A DNA stretch of 64,000 bases from IMG/VR virus record IMGVR_UViG_3300017963_000003, positions 32,001-96,000 of that record; one strand, written 5' to 3'. Positions 46,185 to 54,579 of the stretch are shown here, one piece after another. How positions within the stretch are numbered: the stretch's first letter is position 1; the number at the start of each line of letters is the position of its first letter. The DNA comes from a virus. Both the position numbers and the translations under genes were made by a program. The notes under the pieces are model-generated. The model made no database searches and was not told the DNA's origin. It saw nothing but the letters and a program-made list of their open reading frames with translations.

Positions 46185-46859
46185 CTACACCGTCGTTGCC
46201 AAGGTGGGGTTCACCACCAAAGTCGTAGTCGAACGTGCCACCCCAACGAGCTGCTTCACCGTGGCCGTACCGGGGATCGCAATCTCCAGGACAGCAGCCC
46301 CCGCGTCCCCCAGATAGTACTCAGACCCCGCAGTGAGGCCGGACAACCCCGCAACCTCCGCTCGATAAGCGATGTCGCAGGTCGTGCCACCCCCGTACAC
46401 ATTGATGACCATGCCGTCAGCGCGCAGACCCGCCGTGGCGTCCGCCCACGTCACCGTATCTGCACCGTTGATGTGGGCCAACTCCCCCACGACCATCCCT
46501 GGAGGACACGTGAACCCAAAACCGAGGAATCCCGCCGAGGACGCCGTCCGGAGATCGTAGCTATTCCCGAGATCATCAGTGTAGATGATGGGGAAACCGG
46601 GACCACTGGAGTTGTCCACCCAGAGAGAAGGAGATCCAGGAGTCCCCGGATTCGAGGGGTTCCCGAGAGGATCGAACTCCAGCCCTCCGGTACCGACAAC
46701 AAGCGAGTTGTCGACGTTGAGCTTGGCCTGGAGGGCCATGACAGCAGAAGCTAACGAATTAGGGTGGTTAGCCCACACGATGTCGACGTTGTCGATCTGG
46801 GCGACCGAGAAATTGTCGAGAACCGTCGGATACCCCGCAGGGTAGGGCCAAAACGCCAT
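46185..46859 (-). CDS. Head fibre / cement-like protein
   Basis: 224 aa; C-terminal VVGELAHI.G...ADA...LTAGSEYYLGDAG...QLVGVA resembles the C-terminal domain of the 1346 aa gene. Confidence 0.6.
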   Translation of the reverse strand: MAFWPYPAGYPTVLDNFSVAQIDNVDIVWANHPNSLASAVMALQAKLNVDNSLVVGTGGLEFDPLGNPSNPGTPGSPSLWVDNSSGPGFPIIYTDDLGNSYDLRTASSAGFLGFGFTCPPGMVVGELAHINGADTVTWADATAGLRADGMVINVYGGGTTCDIAYRAEVAGLSGLTAGSEYYLGDAGAAVLEIAIPGTATVKQLVGVARSTTTLVVNPTLATTV

Positions 46860-46889
46860 AGCTATACCTCACTCCTCACGGCAGGAGCA

Positions 46890-46921
46890 AGTATACCCTA
46901 CGATCCGTTGGGATTCTTAAA
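46890..46921 (-). promoter_or_regulatory. Class A putative late promoter TTTAAGAATCCC-N14-TATACT
   Basis: Recurrent motif. Confidence 0.7.
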
Positions 46922-46937
46922 GTTGGAGTACGTCCCT

Positions 46938-47798
46938 TTAGAGACCGTACGTGGCAGGATCGATGGGACCCGTGTAGGGCTTCGTACCCCGGATGGCCCG
47001 GTGGAAGTACTTGCCCGCCGAGTCCTCAGTGAAGAAGCTCTCAAACTCGTCAGCGCTAACACCGGTATACCGATACATGGTCCGTGGCGTGTTGCGCTTG
47101 GCTTTGAAGATGATGTATAGGAGGTTCTCCTCAGGGTCGTACCCCACCTGCTCCAAGTTCGAAGACTCGATGGGGATCATCTCGGGGATCTCCCTGACGT
47201 CGCCAAACGCCGCCGGAGGAGCCTCCTCCTCGAACGGCGGCACCACCTCAGGCTCTGGCTCACCGACCGGGACACGTGGTTCCTTCACAGGCTCCTCCTG
47301 TACGGGTACCGGAAGTTCCGGTGCTGGCATCGGCGGCACGCCACCGCCAACGAACTCCTCAGGCTCCGTCGAGTACATCTCCTCCGTACCCGGCTCCTTG
47401 TAGGGAAAAACCTCACCCGCATAGTCCTTGTACCCCTCAGGAGCACCGGTACCCCACCAGTCCTTGACCTTGTCCTTGACGTTCTGCCACCACTGAGCGT
47501 CCTTGTGCATGGCGGCGTAGACAAGCCTCCCCTCCACGTCACCCTCAGTGAGACCCGTAGCCCCTACAAGAGTTCTACAAACGGGGTTCGAAGACAAAAA
47601 ATCCCGGACAGCCTCCGAGGCCTCCCTGTGCCCGGTACGCGGACCGATGTTGAGTTCCGCGAGAGCCATCGTGAACGGGTAGCGCTCCTCCTCGGAGAGC
47701 TGTTGAAGCAGATCCTCATAGTGCTGCTGACGCAGGATACGGTCCTTGCCCGCTGAGATCTTGGCAGATTCTATGGCTTCATCCAGAGTGATCATCAT
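46938..47798 (-). CDS. KTSC-domain protein with Pro/Glu-rich linker
   Basis: C-terminal MIPIESSNLEQVGYDPEENLLYIIF...MYRYTGV...F...SAGKYFHRAIR is the KTSC consensus. Confidence 0.85.
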   Translation of the reverse strand: MMITLDEAIESAKISAGKDRILRQQHYEDLLQQLSEEERYPFTMALAELNIGPRTGHREASEAVRDFLSSNPVCRTLVGATGLTEGDVEGRLVYAAMHKDAQWWQNVKDKVKDWWGTGAPEGYKDYAGEVFPYKEPGTEEMYSTEPEEFVGGGVPPMPAPELPVPVQEEPVKEPRVPVGEPEPEVVPPFEEEAPPAAFGDVREIPEMIPIESSNLEQVGYDPEENLLYIIFKAKRNTPRTMYRYTGVSADEFESFFTEDSAGKYFHRAIRGTKPYTGPIDPATYGL

Positions 47799-47952
47799 GC
47801 TCCTCCGTCTGACAAGTGCCGAACCACTCCCCGCACAGGTCGGGTCGGCAGTAGGGTTCCTTGCGGTTATAGCACGGAGGAGGTTGCTCGATCTTAACTT
47901 GACGAGACTTTCCGTCGACCTTGATCACTTCCACCGGTTTACGCTTGGCCAC
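47779..47952 (-). CDS. Cys-rich microprotein (57 aa), below the track cutoff
   Basis: GAGGAGG SD, GTG 47952, MAKRKPVEVIKVDGKSRQVKIEQPPPCYNRKEPYCRPDLCGEWFGTCQTEEHDDHSG. Confidence 0.65.
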   Translation of the reverse strand: MAKRKPVEVIKVDGKSRQVKIEQPPPCYNRKEPYCRPDLCGEWFGTCQTEEHDDHSG

Positions 47953-47986
47953 CTACACCTCCTCGGCGCACAAGAGGGCCTACACG

Positions 47987-47999
47987 TAATATACAGGAA
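47987..47999 (-). promoter_or_regulatory. Class B motif TTCCTGTATATTA
   Basis: One mismatch to the 13-mer; 34 nt upstream of the GTG at 47952. Confidence 0.55.
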
Positions 48000-48019
48000 G
48001 TAGCCAGACGGGGCAGCTT

Positions 48020-48673
48020 CTAGACGAAGATGCCTTCGATGACGAGCTTCATCTTGCCGGAAGTGCCGCTGTCGGCACCAGCGACCTTGGCGTACAGAGT
48101 CGCGTTGTCGGCCAGCATCGCCGCAGCCGCCACCGGAGGAGTCACGTTGGTGTAGAAGCCCTCGCCGGCCGCGTCCACCAGGACACCCTGGGCGTTCAGC
48201 AGATCGGTACCGCCACTCGTGGTAGCCAGGTTCAGAGTCGCGTCCCCGACCAGCGAGTCGTCCTCGGTGCACACGTAGACGTACCGGGTCGGAAGGAAGT
48301 ACCCGGAGCCCGTCCCGCGCAGCTGGATCTCGTACTCGGTCGTGGTGTCCTTGAGATCGATGTCGACCTGCACCGCGCCGGCACCCTTCTCGGACTGGTC
48401 GACCACGCCGTCCTGATCGAGATCGTACAGCGAGCCATCCTGGACCGCCGACATCTCGCTAGCTGCGAGGATGCGGCCCGTGGCGCTCCCCACGCGCACT
48501 TCGATCTTTCCGCCCGTGATGAAGGTCGCCGCGTCCTCGCAGAAACGCTGATTGCCGATCACCTCGCGAACCGCGACCTGATCAGTCTCGTTGCTCGACA
48601 CGCTGATGCTGGGGACGCCGCCATCCCCGGAGAGGCTAACATTCGCAGCCAGACCCTTGATGTAGAGATCCAT
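48020..48673 (-). CDS. Hypothetical virion structural protein
   Basis: 217 aa, beta-rich, strongly C/G-biased codons, behind a class A promoter. Confidence 0.7.
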   Translation of the reverse strand: MDLYIKGLAANVSLSGDGGVPSISVSSNETDQVAVREVIGNQRFCEDAATFITGGKIEVRVGSATGRILAASEMSAVQDGSLYDLDQDGVVDQSEKGAGAVQVDIDLKDTTTEYEIQLRGTGSGYFLPTRYVYVCTEDDSLVGDATLNLATTSGGTDLLNAQGVLVDAAGEGFYTNVTPPVAAAAMLADNATLYAKVAGADSGTSGKMKLVIEGIFV

Positions 48674-48727
48674 TTTCGTCCCCTTTCAATCCTGTCATAG
48701 GGAGAAGACTCCCTGAAACACAAGGGC

Positions 48728-48758
48728 AGTATAGCACGCTCGATTTGGGATTCTTAAA
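48728..48758 (-). promoter_or_regulatory. Class A putative late promoter TTTAAGAATCCC-N13-TATACT
   Basis: Recurrent motif. Confidence 0.7.
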
Positions 48759-48761
48759 GAC

Positions 48762-51032
48762 CTACCACTGACCGCGTCCCTGGTAGACCTGGCCAACCGA
48801 GCCGGAATCTGTAGCGATCTGGCGCTTACGGATCGACATACGTCGCTTCTGGTTCGCCATCTCGTCCACGATGGAATCCTGCACCAGGTGGTGCGCGCCG
48901 ACGTAGCAACGCGCGAGATCATCAGAGTCCTTGCCTCTGATCTGCCCCTTCTTGGGGTTGTAGAACTTTCGCAGATCGGGAGACCGTGTCAGTTTGAGCA
49001 GCTCAACCAGCGCTACCGACGAAGGCTGCATCTCCTCCTGAGGGGTGCCGATGACGAGCGCACCCGTGTCGGTGAGACCCACCGTGTCCCTCTGATCGGG
49101 AGGCAGCAGCTTGACACGGCCGTTGTAGGACATCCGGAGGAACCCCATGAAGTGTTCGGTCTTCAAGGTCACCTTGCGCGCCAGGATACCCATGGTGCGT
49201 AGCTGCTGTATCGTGGACTCAGAGTTCCAGTGGTCGAACGCCACTCCGCCGATCCGAATCTTCTTCTGCAAGCTCTCCACGACATCAACCACGGAGTTGA
49301 ACCAGATGTCACGGTCCACGGTGGGGACGATGCGGAGCGCGAAATCAACCACCGTACACAGCATCTCCCCCATGTGATCGTACGGGATACGCCCGGTGTT
49401 CTGAACATCCATGGCGGTCATGGCTCGACGACGATTGGCCTGGGACTCCTTGATCATCGCCCCGTCGGCACCCACGGGGATGTTGGCCCCCATGAAACTC
49501 CCCATCTGCTCCGCGAACACCACGTCCCAACCCGTGGAGGGTTCTACCCGCCCCGCCCCTGGAGGCGACTGTTGGGGCTTCTTGACAGGCACTCCGTTTT
49601 CGTCGAGCACCTCTGCGTTCGAGAACTCGCTGGCATCGATCCATTCCGGGTGGGCACAAACGAGAGCGAAAGAGTCCCAGGTCAACCCAGCATCACCGAA
49701 TATGTAGTAGGTGTTGGTGTGGTCGAGCGCACAGTGCGCCAGCTCCGATCCCACGTAATCCTTGCCCGTGGGGTCCGTGAGGTAGGTCGACTGGAAGGTC
49801 GCGATGGGTTTGCGCTCGAAGTCGACGCTCTTCCAGAACCTCTTGGGGTCGTCGACAAAAGGAGACTCGGCGTTGGGGGGATTGGCGCCGAAGTCACGCT
49901 CGGCCGCCACAGGGTCTTTGACGTACTCCTCGTCGAAGACCTCCCGAGGCATCTGCGGGTTGAACTCCCAGGTCGGACCCTTCCAGGCATAGGTGCGCTT
50001 CAGGGACCCATCAGAGGCCTTGTTGTAGGTCTCCATAGCGGGGTCATCCTGGGAAATCGGGCTGGTGACGTTGATCATCAGACCCATGAAAGCCGGAAGA
50101 TCGTTGAGGTCCACGGCGGCACGGATCGTCTTCAACGACTGGTTGAGCACACGGTACAGCTCCGTGGCCGAACGGGTACCCTCCGTATCAGAGAGACGCG
50201 CCCACTCGTCAATGGATGCCGCGATACGGGTCCTGCCGGCGACACCTCTAGAATCCGACGCGATGCGGTTGTAACGAACCTTGGCCCACCCGTCGAGGAC
50301 CGCGTCGTCGTTGGTCCGGTAGGTCCACATGTCTGAACCGGCCGGTTGTCGCTCCTCGAACCCCCGAACCCAGGACACGTACCGCTGAACCCACGGAGAG
50401 CCCTTCCGCATCTCCCGGTACTTGGCGTAGATGGTCTGCGCAGCCTGCGTGGCTGTACTGGCCGCAAAGGTGACCTCGAACCACTCCGCAGCAGCCTGCT
50501 TGAGCATCCGCTGGAGGTAGCCATGACCGAACATGGCTCGCGTGGACAGGAAGTGCTCGTAGTAGCCTCCGATGTGCGCACCCAGGTAGGACTTGCCGCT
50601 ACGCATACCGGCCAGGACGATCATCTCGTTGTACGGGATGAACATCCGGTCCCGGATCAACTCCCGCTGGGTATGGGTGCATCTTGGACAGACGAAGTCC
50701 TGGGCGCGCTCGTTCCACACGAGCAGAGTCTCGGACTCCAGGTAGATGCGAGACTTCCCCCAGCAGTCGATGTCCTCGGGCTTCATCGAGTTGCAGATCG
50801 GACAACGCGTGCAGAAAACGTCGCGCATGATCTGGTACTGCCGCGAGTGATCAAACGTTGACGGCATGTTCCAGAAATCGACCCCCGTCACCCACTCGAC
50901 GATGTTCGGTGCCGGGGTCCTCAAGTAGTCGACCTCCGGACCAGAGAGTCCGCCAGCGGTCCTCGACATCAACGACGTATCGATGTTGTTGGTGATACGG
51001 TCCAGGAAATCGAGGTTCTTGGGGTCGTTCAT
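48762..51032 (-). CDS. terL: Terminase large subunit
   Basis: Walker A GMRSGKS, Walker B ASIDE, coupling motif ITSP-like (VTSP), nuclease FGDAG..WDSFAL, FDHWNS and DSDD. Confidence 0.92.
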   Translation of the reverse strand: MNDPKNLDFLDRITNNIDTSLMSRTAGGLSGPEVDYLRTPAPNIVEWVTGVDFWNMPSTFDHSRQYQIMRDVFCTRCPICNSMKPEDIDCWGKSRIYLESETLLVWNERAQDFVCPRCTHTQRELIRDRMFIPYNEMIVLAGMRSGKSYLGAHIGGYYEHFLSTRAMFGHGYLQRMLKQAAAEWFEVTFAASTATQAAQTIYAKYREMRKGSPWVQRYVSWVRGFEERQPAGSDMWTYRTNDDAVLDGWAKVRYNRIASDSRGVAGRTRIAASIDEWARLSDTEGTRSATELYRVLNQSLKTIRAAVDLNDLPAFMGLMINVTSPISQDDPAMETYNKASDGSLKRTYAWKGPTWEFNPQMPREVFDEEYVKDPVAAERDFGANPPNAESPFVDDPKRFWKSVDFERKPIATFQSTYLTDPTGKDYVGSELAHCALDHTNTYYIFGDAGLTWDSFALVCAHPEWIDASEFSNAEVLDENGVPVKKPQQSPPGAGRVEPSTGWDVVFAEQMGSFMGANIPVGADGAMIKESQANRRRAMTAMDVQNTGRIPYDHMGEMLCTVVDFALRIVPTVDRDIWFNSVVDVVESLQKKIRIGGVAFDHWNSESTIQQLRTMGILARKVTLKTEHFMGFLRMSYNGRVKLLPPDQRDTVGLTDTGALVIGTPQEEMQPSSVALVELLKLTRSPDLRKFYNPKKGQIRGKDSDDLARCYVGAHHLVQDSIVDEMANQKRRMSIRKRQIATDSGSVGQVYQGRGQW

Positions 51033-51316
51033 AAGTTGACCGGCTCCAGCATGAAGCTGTTGACGCGATGCCTGCCCATGGAAATGATGATTCGGGCGTC
51101 GGGTACATCCTCCGGGACCCTGTAGGGGTGGCCGTCCAGGTAGAGCACGAGCGCCTTGATCTTGGCGATCTCCGTAACCGGCACCGTCAGCAACGCCACG
51201 TCCACGGGCTCCCCTTCCTCGTAGGCCGAGTCGTCCCGGAGGACGATCCTGCCAATGGGTCTCCCCATTCTATCACGAACCGCGTGGTCTCTCTTGAAGC
51301 TCTTCACGATAGTCAT
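51029..51316 (-). CDS. Hypothetical protein
   Basis: 95 aa with ATGA-type overlaps on both sides. Confidence 0.65.
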   Translation of the reverse strand: MTIVKSFKRDHAVRDRMGRPIGRIVLRDDSAYEEGEPVDVALLTVPVTEIAKIKALVLYLDGHPYRVPEDVPDARIIISMGRHRVNSFMLEPVNL

Positions 51317-52131
51317 TTTATCTTGTACTTTTTAGAAATGTTTTTCAAGACGACAGGGATGGCGTCCTTGAGCGCAGAACCCACGGTGTTCAAGACCAGG
51401 CCCTCCATCTGCTGAGGTAGAGACGAACCTGGTAACTCCCTGGCGATGTTGGACCGCATCTCTATCAGGACGTCCTTGAGCGACCCCACGGTGAGATTGA
51501 CAATCTGCTCGATGGCCTCCTGAAGGGCGGCACCCGCGATGGCCTCCGAGGACTGAAGGACCGCCAGCTCCTTCTTCATCCCCATCAGCTCCTTGATGAG
51601 CTTCTGGAAGAGCTGAATCTCTGACAGGTCGACCGGCCGGTCCTGCTCCGCACGATCCTTGGCGAGCAGCTTGCCGTTGTACATGGTCAGCCGATCCTCA
51701 GCCGCCGACACCAAGCGCTGCATGCGGCAGTAGTCCTCAACCTCCTCCGACGTCTCCGCAGGAGAGGACAGCGTCAAGAAAGGAGCCTTCGCCGCCTGAG
51801 CGCTAGCGGCCTTCGGATCGTTTCGACGCAAGTCCTTCTGCGTGTAATGGACGCCTGCGGTCAGCGCCTGCTCCATCTCCTCGACCGAGATGACGTGGCT
51901 GCGGAAATGGTTGTACACCGTGGTCTGGTGGAACGGCGTGATGTAGTTCTCGATGTCAGCGGGGTCGTGACCGGCGTTCAGGACGTCGAGCCTCGTGTTC
52001 AGCCACTCGGCTACCTGCGTACGGCTCTCCCCCAGGATGAGGACACGACGATGGGCCTCCTCCCACAAGGCAACGTCCTTGTCGAAGAGAGCGCAGAGCT
52101 TGCAGCGCGGGGAGAGTTTGAGCTTCTCCAT
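51313..52131 (-). CDS. Probable terminase small subunit
   Basis: ATG at 52131; N-terminal CKLC plus HTH-like segment and helical C-terminus; two genes upstream of terL. Confidence 0.55.
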   Translation of the reverse strand: MEKLKLSPRCKLCALFDKDVALWEEAHRRVLILGESRTQVAEWLNTRLDVLNAGHDPADIENYITPFHQTTVYNHFRSHVISVEEMEQALTAGVHYTQKDLRRNDPKAASAQAAKAPFLTLSSPAETSEEVEDYCRMQRLVSAAEDRLTMYNGKLLAKDRAEQDRPVDLSEIQLFQKLIKELMGMKKELAVLQSSEAIAGAALQEAIEQIVNLTVGSLKDVLIEMRSNIARELPGSSLPQQMEGLVLNTVGSALKDAIPVVLKNISKKYKIK

Positions 52132-52136
52132 ACCCC

Positions 52137-52149
52137 TAATATACAACGT
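52137..52149 (-). promoter_or_regulatory. Class B motif variant (TTGTATATTA) 5 nt upstream of the terS-like ATG
   Basis: Core matches the class B 13-mer. Confidence 0.45.
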
Positions 52150-52169
52150 CAGGCATGGAGGATCTAGCT

Positions 52170-52613
52170 CTAGCGGTCTTCGACAGCCCTTCGTACAGCG
52201 TCTTCGATGGCCGTCACAGTGATCCTGCTCGCGGAGTCCTCCTGCCGATGACGATCCTCGACCTGCTCAAGAACCTTGTTGTTCGCCTCCAGGTTGTAAG
52301 ATAGCCCGGCCAGGTACCACACGAACATAGCCCCAGACGTCAGCAGCACGAGAATGACTGCCGCGAACCCCCTCGCGTACCACTTGTACATACTCTGCAC
52401 GGCTTCCTGGTTTCGCACACTCAACTGTTCCACACCAGCGATCCTCGCTTCCTGTTCGCATGGATGCTTTGTGCCCACCTTACCGGTCAACTCGTCAATC
52501 TTCTCGTCCAAGCGCTTCACCTCAGACTTCACAACGGCTTTGTCAGACTTCTCGCCTACCTCGCGCTCCATCCAACGCTTCCAGTCCCCGGACTTATCTA
52601 CGCCATTCGCCAT
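52170..52613 (-). CDS. Single-pass membrane coiled-coil protein, about 147 aa
   Basis: Start reassigned to ATG 52613 with GGAGG SD; TM segment GFAAVILVLLTSGAMFVWYLAGL. Confidence 0.7.
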   Translation of the reverse strand: MANGVDKSGDWKRWMEREVGEKSDKAVVKSEVKRLDEKIDELTGKVGTKHPCEQEARIAGVEQLSVRNQEAVQSMYKWYARGFAAVILVLLTSGAMFVWYLAGLSYNLEANNKVLEQVEDRHRQEDSASRITVTAIEDAVRRAVEDR

Positions 52614-52619
52614 TACCCG

Positions 52620-53115
52620 CAACCTCCGGAAGAACAAACACGCGCCGGAACTTTTCGCGGACCATTCTACCCCAGTACGAGTTGGTCTTTTAAAGTTCGA
52701 AAATGAAGATCGAAAGACGAAAAAGTGATAGATATGGCAAGTTTCTACAAACGTTTGATCCATAGCTTCCGTGATCAATAAGATCCTATGATCATAAAGT
52801 CTAAGAAATACTAGCAGATCTGTATATTGCTGGAGGAAGATTCCTTGCGAAGCAAGGGATCTTCCGAAAGCCTGGCGGGGACCCGAAAACAGCGCAAAGA
52901 GCACAGAATTTCAAGATAGCTGGATTTTATGTACTCAGTTGTAATTCTCTGAAAGGATCGGAAAACACGTTGCATCGTATACCGAATAATGTACCTTTTT
53001 ACCTTAACATACAAGAAAGGGTTCTGTAAGGTTGACCCTTTCGTGCACCCCAGGGTAAGCGTGTACCCAGAAACTCTAAGAGTCCCGCAGAGTTAAAATT
53101 TTTTCAGAAAACGAT
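52620..53115. other. AT-rich 500-bp non-coding region with GATC cluster and a 14-bp hairpin
   Basis: Largest intergenic gap in the window; GATC at 52708, 52757, 52773, 52782, 52790, 52817, 52858, 52956 and 53113; inverted repeat 52835-52865. Confidence 0.7.
52664..52694 (-). promoter_or_regulatory. Degenerate class A promoter TTTAAAAGACC-N14-TAGAAT
   Basis: Same TTTA-to-minus-10 spacing (21 nt) as the other copies. Confidence 0.45.
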
Positions 53116-53628
53116 CTAGAGCTTACGGAGGGTGAAGCACTGGAGGGTATCGTCGGAGTCCCGGAACACCGCCAGCACCTGGTACCCTTGTGGGGCTAGG
53201 AAGCCGTTGAGTACCCCCAGGAACCCGATCAACGTGTGGGGGCTACCTTCGGTCTGAACAACCTGTACGTAGGGATCACGGGCCAGGACTTCGTTACAGG
53301 GAACTCTACTACCGATGAGGTCATCCACCGCAGACACGTCCAGCTCGACCAGGCGGTTCAGGTAGTCCACCCAGGACTGTGGGGTCATGTCGAAGATGTT
53401 CGGCTCGTTCGGTGGCTCCTCATCTTTCAGAACGGCCCCGTAGGACATCCCCAGGTCCTCCAGGAACCACTCCTCTACGTACTCCACTACATCACTCTCT
53501 AGGAGTCCTCCGTCTTCGTCGAAACAGTGCTCGGGGACTCTGATGACGTCTGTGAACTTGCCTGCTCCTGGGAAAGACAACCACGCTCTAACATCTCGGA
53601 GATCATCTTCTCGTGAGCTTCCAGCCAT
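53116..53628 (-). CDS. Hypothetical phage protein
   Basis: 170 aa; C-terminal LN...D..A...L...RVPCN..LA.DP.VQV...GFLGVLNG motif that I recall from conserved large-phage proteins. Confidence 0.65.
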   Translation of the reverse strand: MAGSSREDDLRDVRAWLSFPGAGKFTDVIRVPEHCFDEDGGLLESDVVEYVEEWFLEDLGMSYGAVLKDEEPPNEPNIFDMTPQSWVDYLNRLVELDVSAVDDLIGSRVPCNEVLARDPYVQVVQTEGSPHTLIGFLGVLNGFLAPQGYQVLAVFRDSDDTLQCFTLRKL

Positions 53629-53945
53629 TCTCGCCTCTCTTCCTCTGCCTGAAGCCTCCCCTGGGCCTCCAGGATGGCGTTGTACAACCCCAGCAGCTCG
53701 CGTCCCGGTTGGAGCTGGAGCGAAGTCTCCACGATCTCCGGACCGCCCTGTTCCGCGTAGACCACGGTACCTGCGGCGATGTGAGCGATCACGACCCGAC
53801 GCAGACCCTGGAGTATCTCCCCCTCGGTGACCTTGGCCCCCTCCAGTGCTTCGTTGATCTCCGAGTACAGGAGTTCTCGTGGGTTGCCGTGCTCGTCGAG
53901 GTAGGTGGACTGTAGGCGCTCGAACAGTGCTTGCAGTCGGTTCAA
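53499..53945 (-). CDS. Hypothetical protein
   Basis: 148 aa with ATGA-type overlap upstream; its tail overlaps the next gene by 130 nt. Confidence 0.6.
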   Translation of the reverse strand: MNRLQALFERLQSTYLDEHGNPRELLYSEINEALEGAKVTEGEILQGLRRVVIAHIAAGTVVYAEQGGPEIVETSLQLQPGRELLGLYNAILEAQGRLQAEEERREWLEAHEKMISEMLERGCLSQEQASSQTSSESPSTVSTKTEDS

Positions 53946-54190
53946 CCCACCGCCCCCTTCATAGGACTCCAGAAGCGCTCAGGGACTTCCTCGGGGTCGA
54001 AGATGTAGCGACACTGGTCGCAACGGTGAAGTCTGCCGTGATGGTCAGGCTCGATGATCGCCCCCGTGGGCTTGCAGATGTTCTGTTCGGGGAACTTCGT
54101 GTACTGCACGAGGTGCTCGCAGTCATCGGCACAGAAGTTGGGACCGAACTTGTCGCTGGTCTTGACCTGGAAAGTCGTCTCTTGGATCAT
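53942..54190 (-). CDS. Small Cys-rich hypothetical protein, about 82 aa
   Basis: Start reassigned to ATG 54190 with AGGAG SD; C..DC...C...CDQC. Confidence 0.6.
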   Translation of the reverse strand: MIQETTFQVKTSDKFGPNFCADDCEHLVQYTKFPEQNICKPTGAIIEPDHHGRLHRCDQCRYIFDPEEVPERFWSPMKGAVG

Positions 54191-54579
54191 TCTCCTGCCT
54201 CCGAATCTAGGTACAGTTGGATGTGCATTGAGGGCCTGGGGTACGGAAGGTGCCACCTGCGGATGACGCGACCTCGTACTTTTTGGTCCACCCACACGCA
54301 GGCACCCTTCTTGTTCTTGGCCTCCCTGGCCTCCAGGATACGCTCCTCTTCCTTGTCCCTCACACGGACCACCGTCGGGTAGAACCCTGGGATGGACGGT
54401 GCATCGGTGGTCATGAACCCATTCAGAAAGTTCTCCCACACCTCTAGCTCTTCTCGCCCTTCGAGGAGGCACTTCTCACAGATGAGCTGACCTCGGTCAC
54501 CCATGGGTTCCGGATCAGCGAGAACGTGGACATAGGGGTTAGTCGCTCGCATCGACTGCTCCTGTTGCTTGCGACCCAT
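54187..54579 (-). CDS. Hypothetical protein with CxxC
   Basis: Up to 130 aa; likely start ATG 54552. Confidence 0.55.
   Translation of the reverse strand: MGRKQQEQSMRATNPYVHVLADPEPMGDRGQLICEKCLLEGREELEVWENFLNGFMTTDAPSIPGFYPTVVRVRDKEEERILEAREAKNKKGACVWVDQKVRGRVIRRWHLPYPRPSMHIQLYLDSEAGE

Noticed and set aside
49300-49700. Intein in the terminase large subunit
   Set aside because: The insertion lacks Cys/Ser start, block B His and terminal Asn motifs.
52620-53115. tRNA genes in the large intergenic region
   Set aside because: No cloverleaf with a T-loop GTTCRA motif and acceptor stem was found by eye; tRNAscan-SE would settle it.
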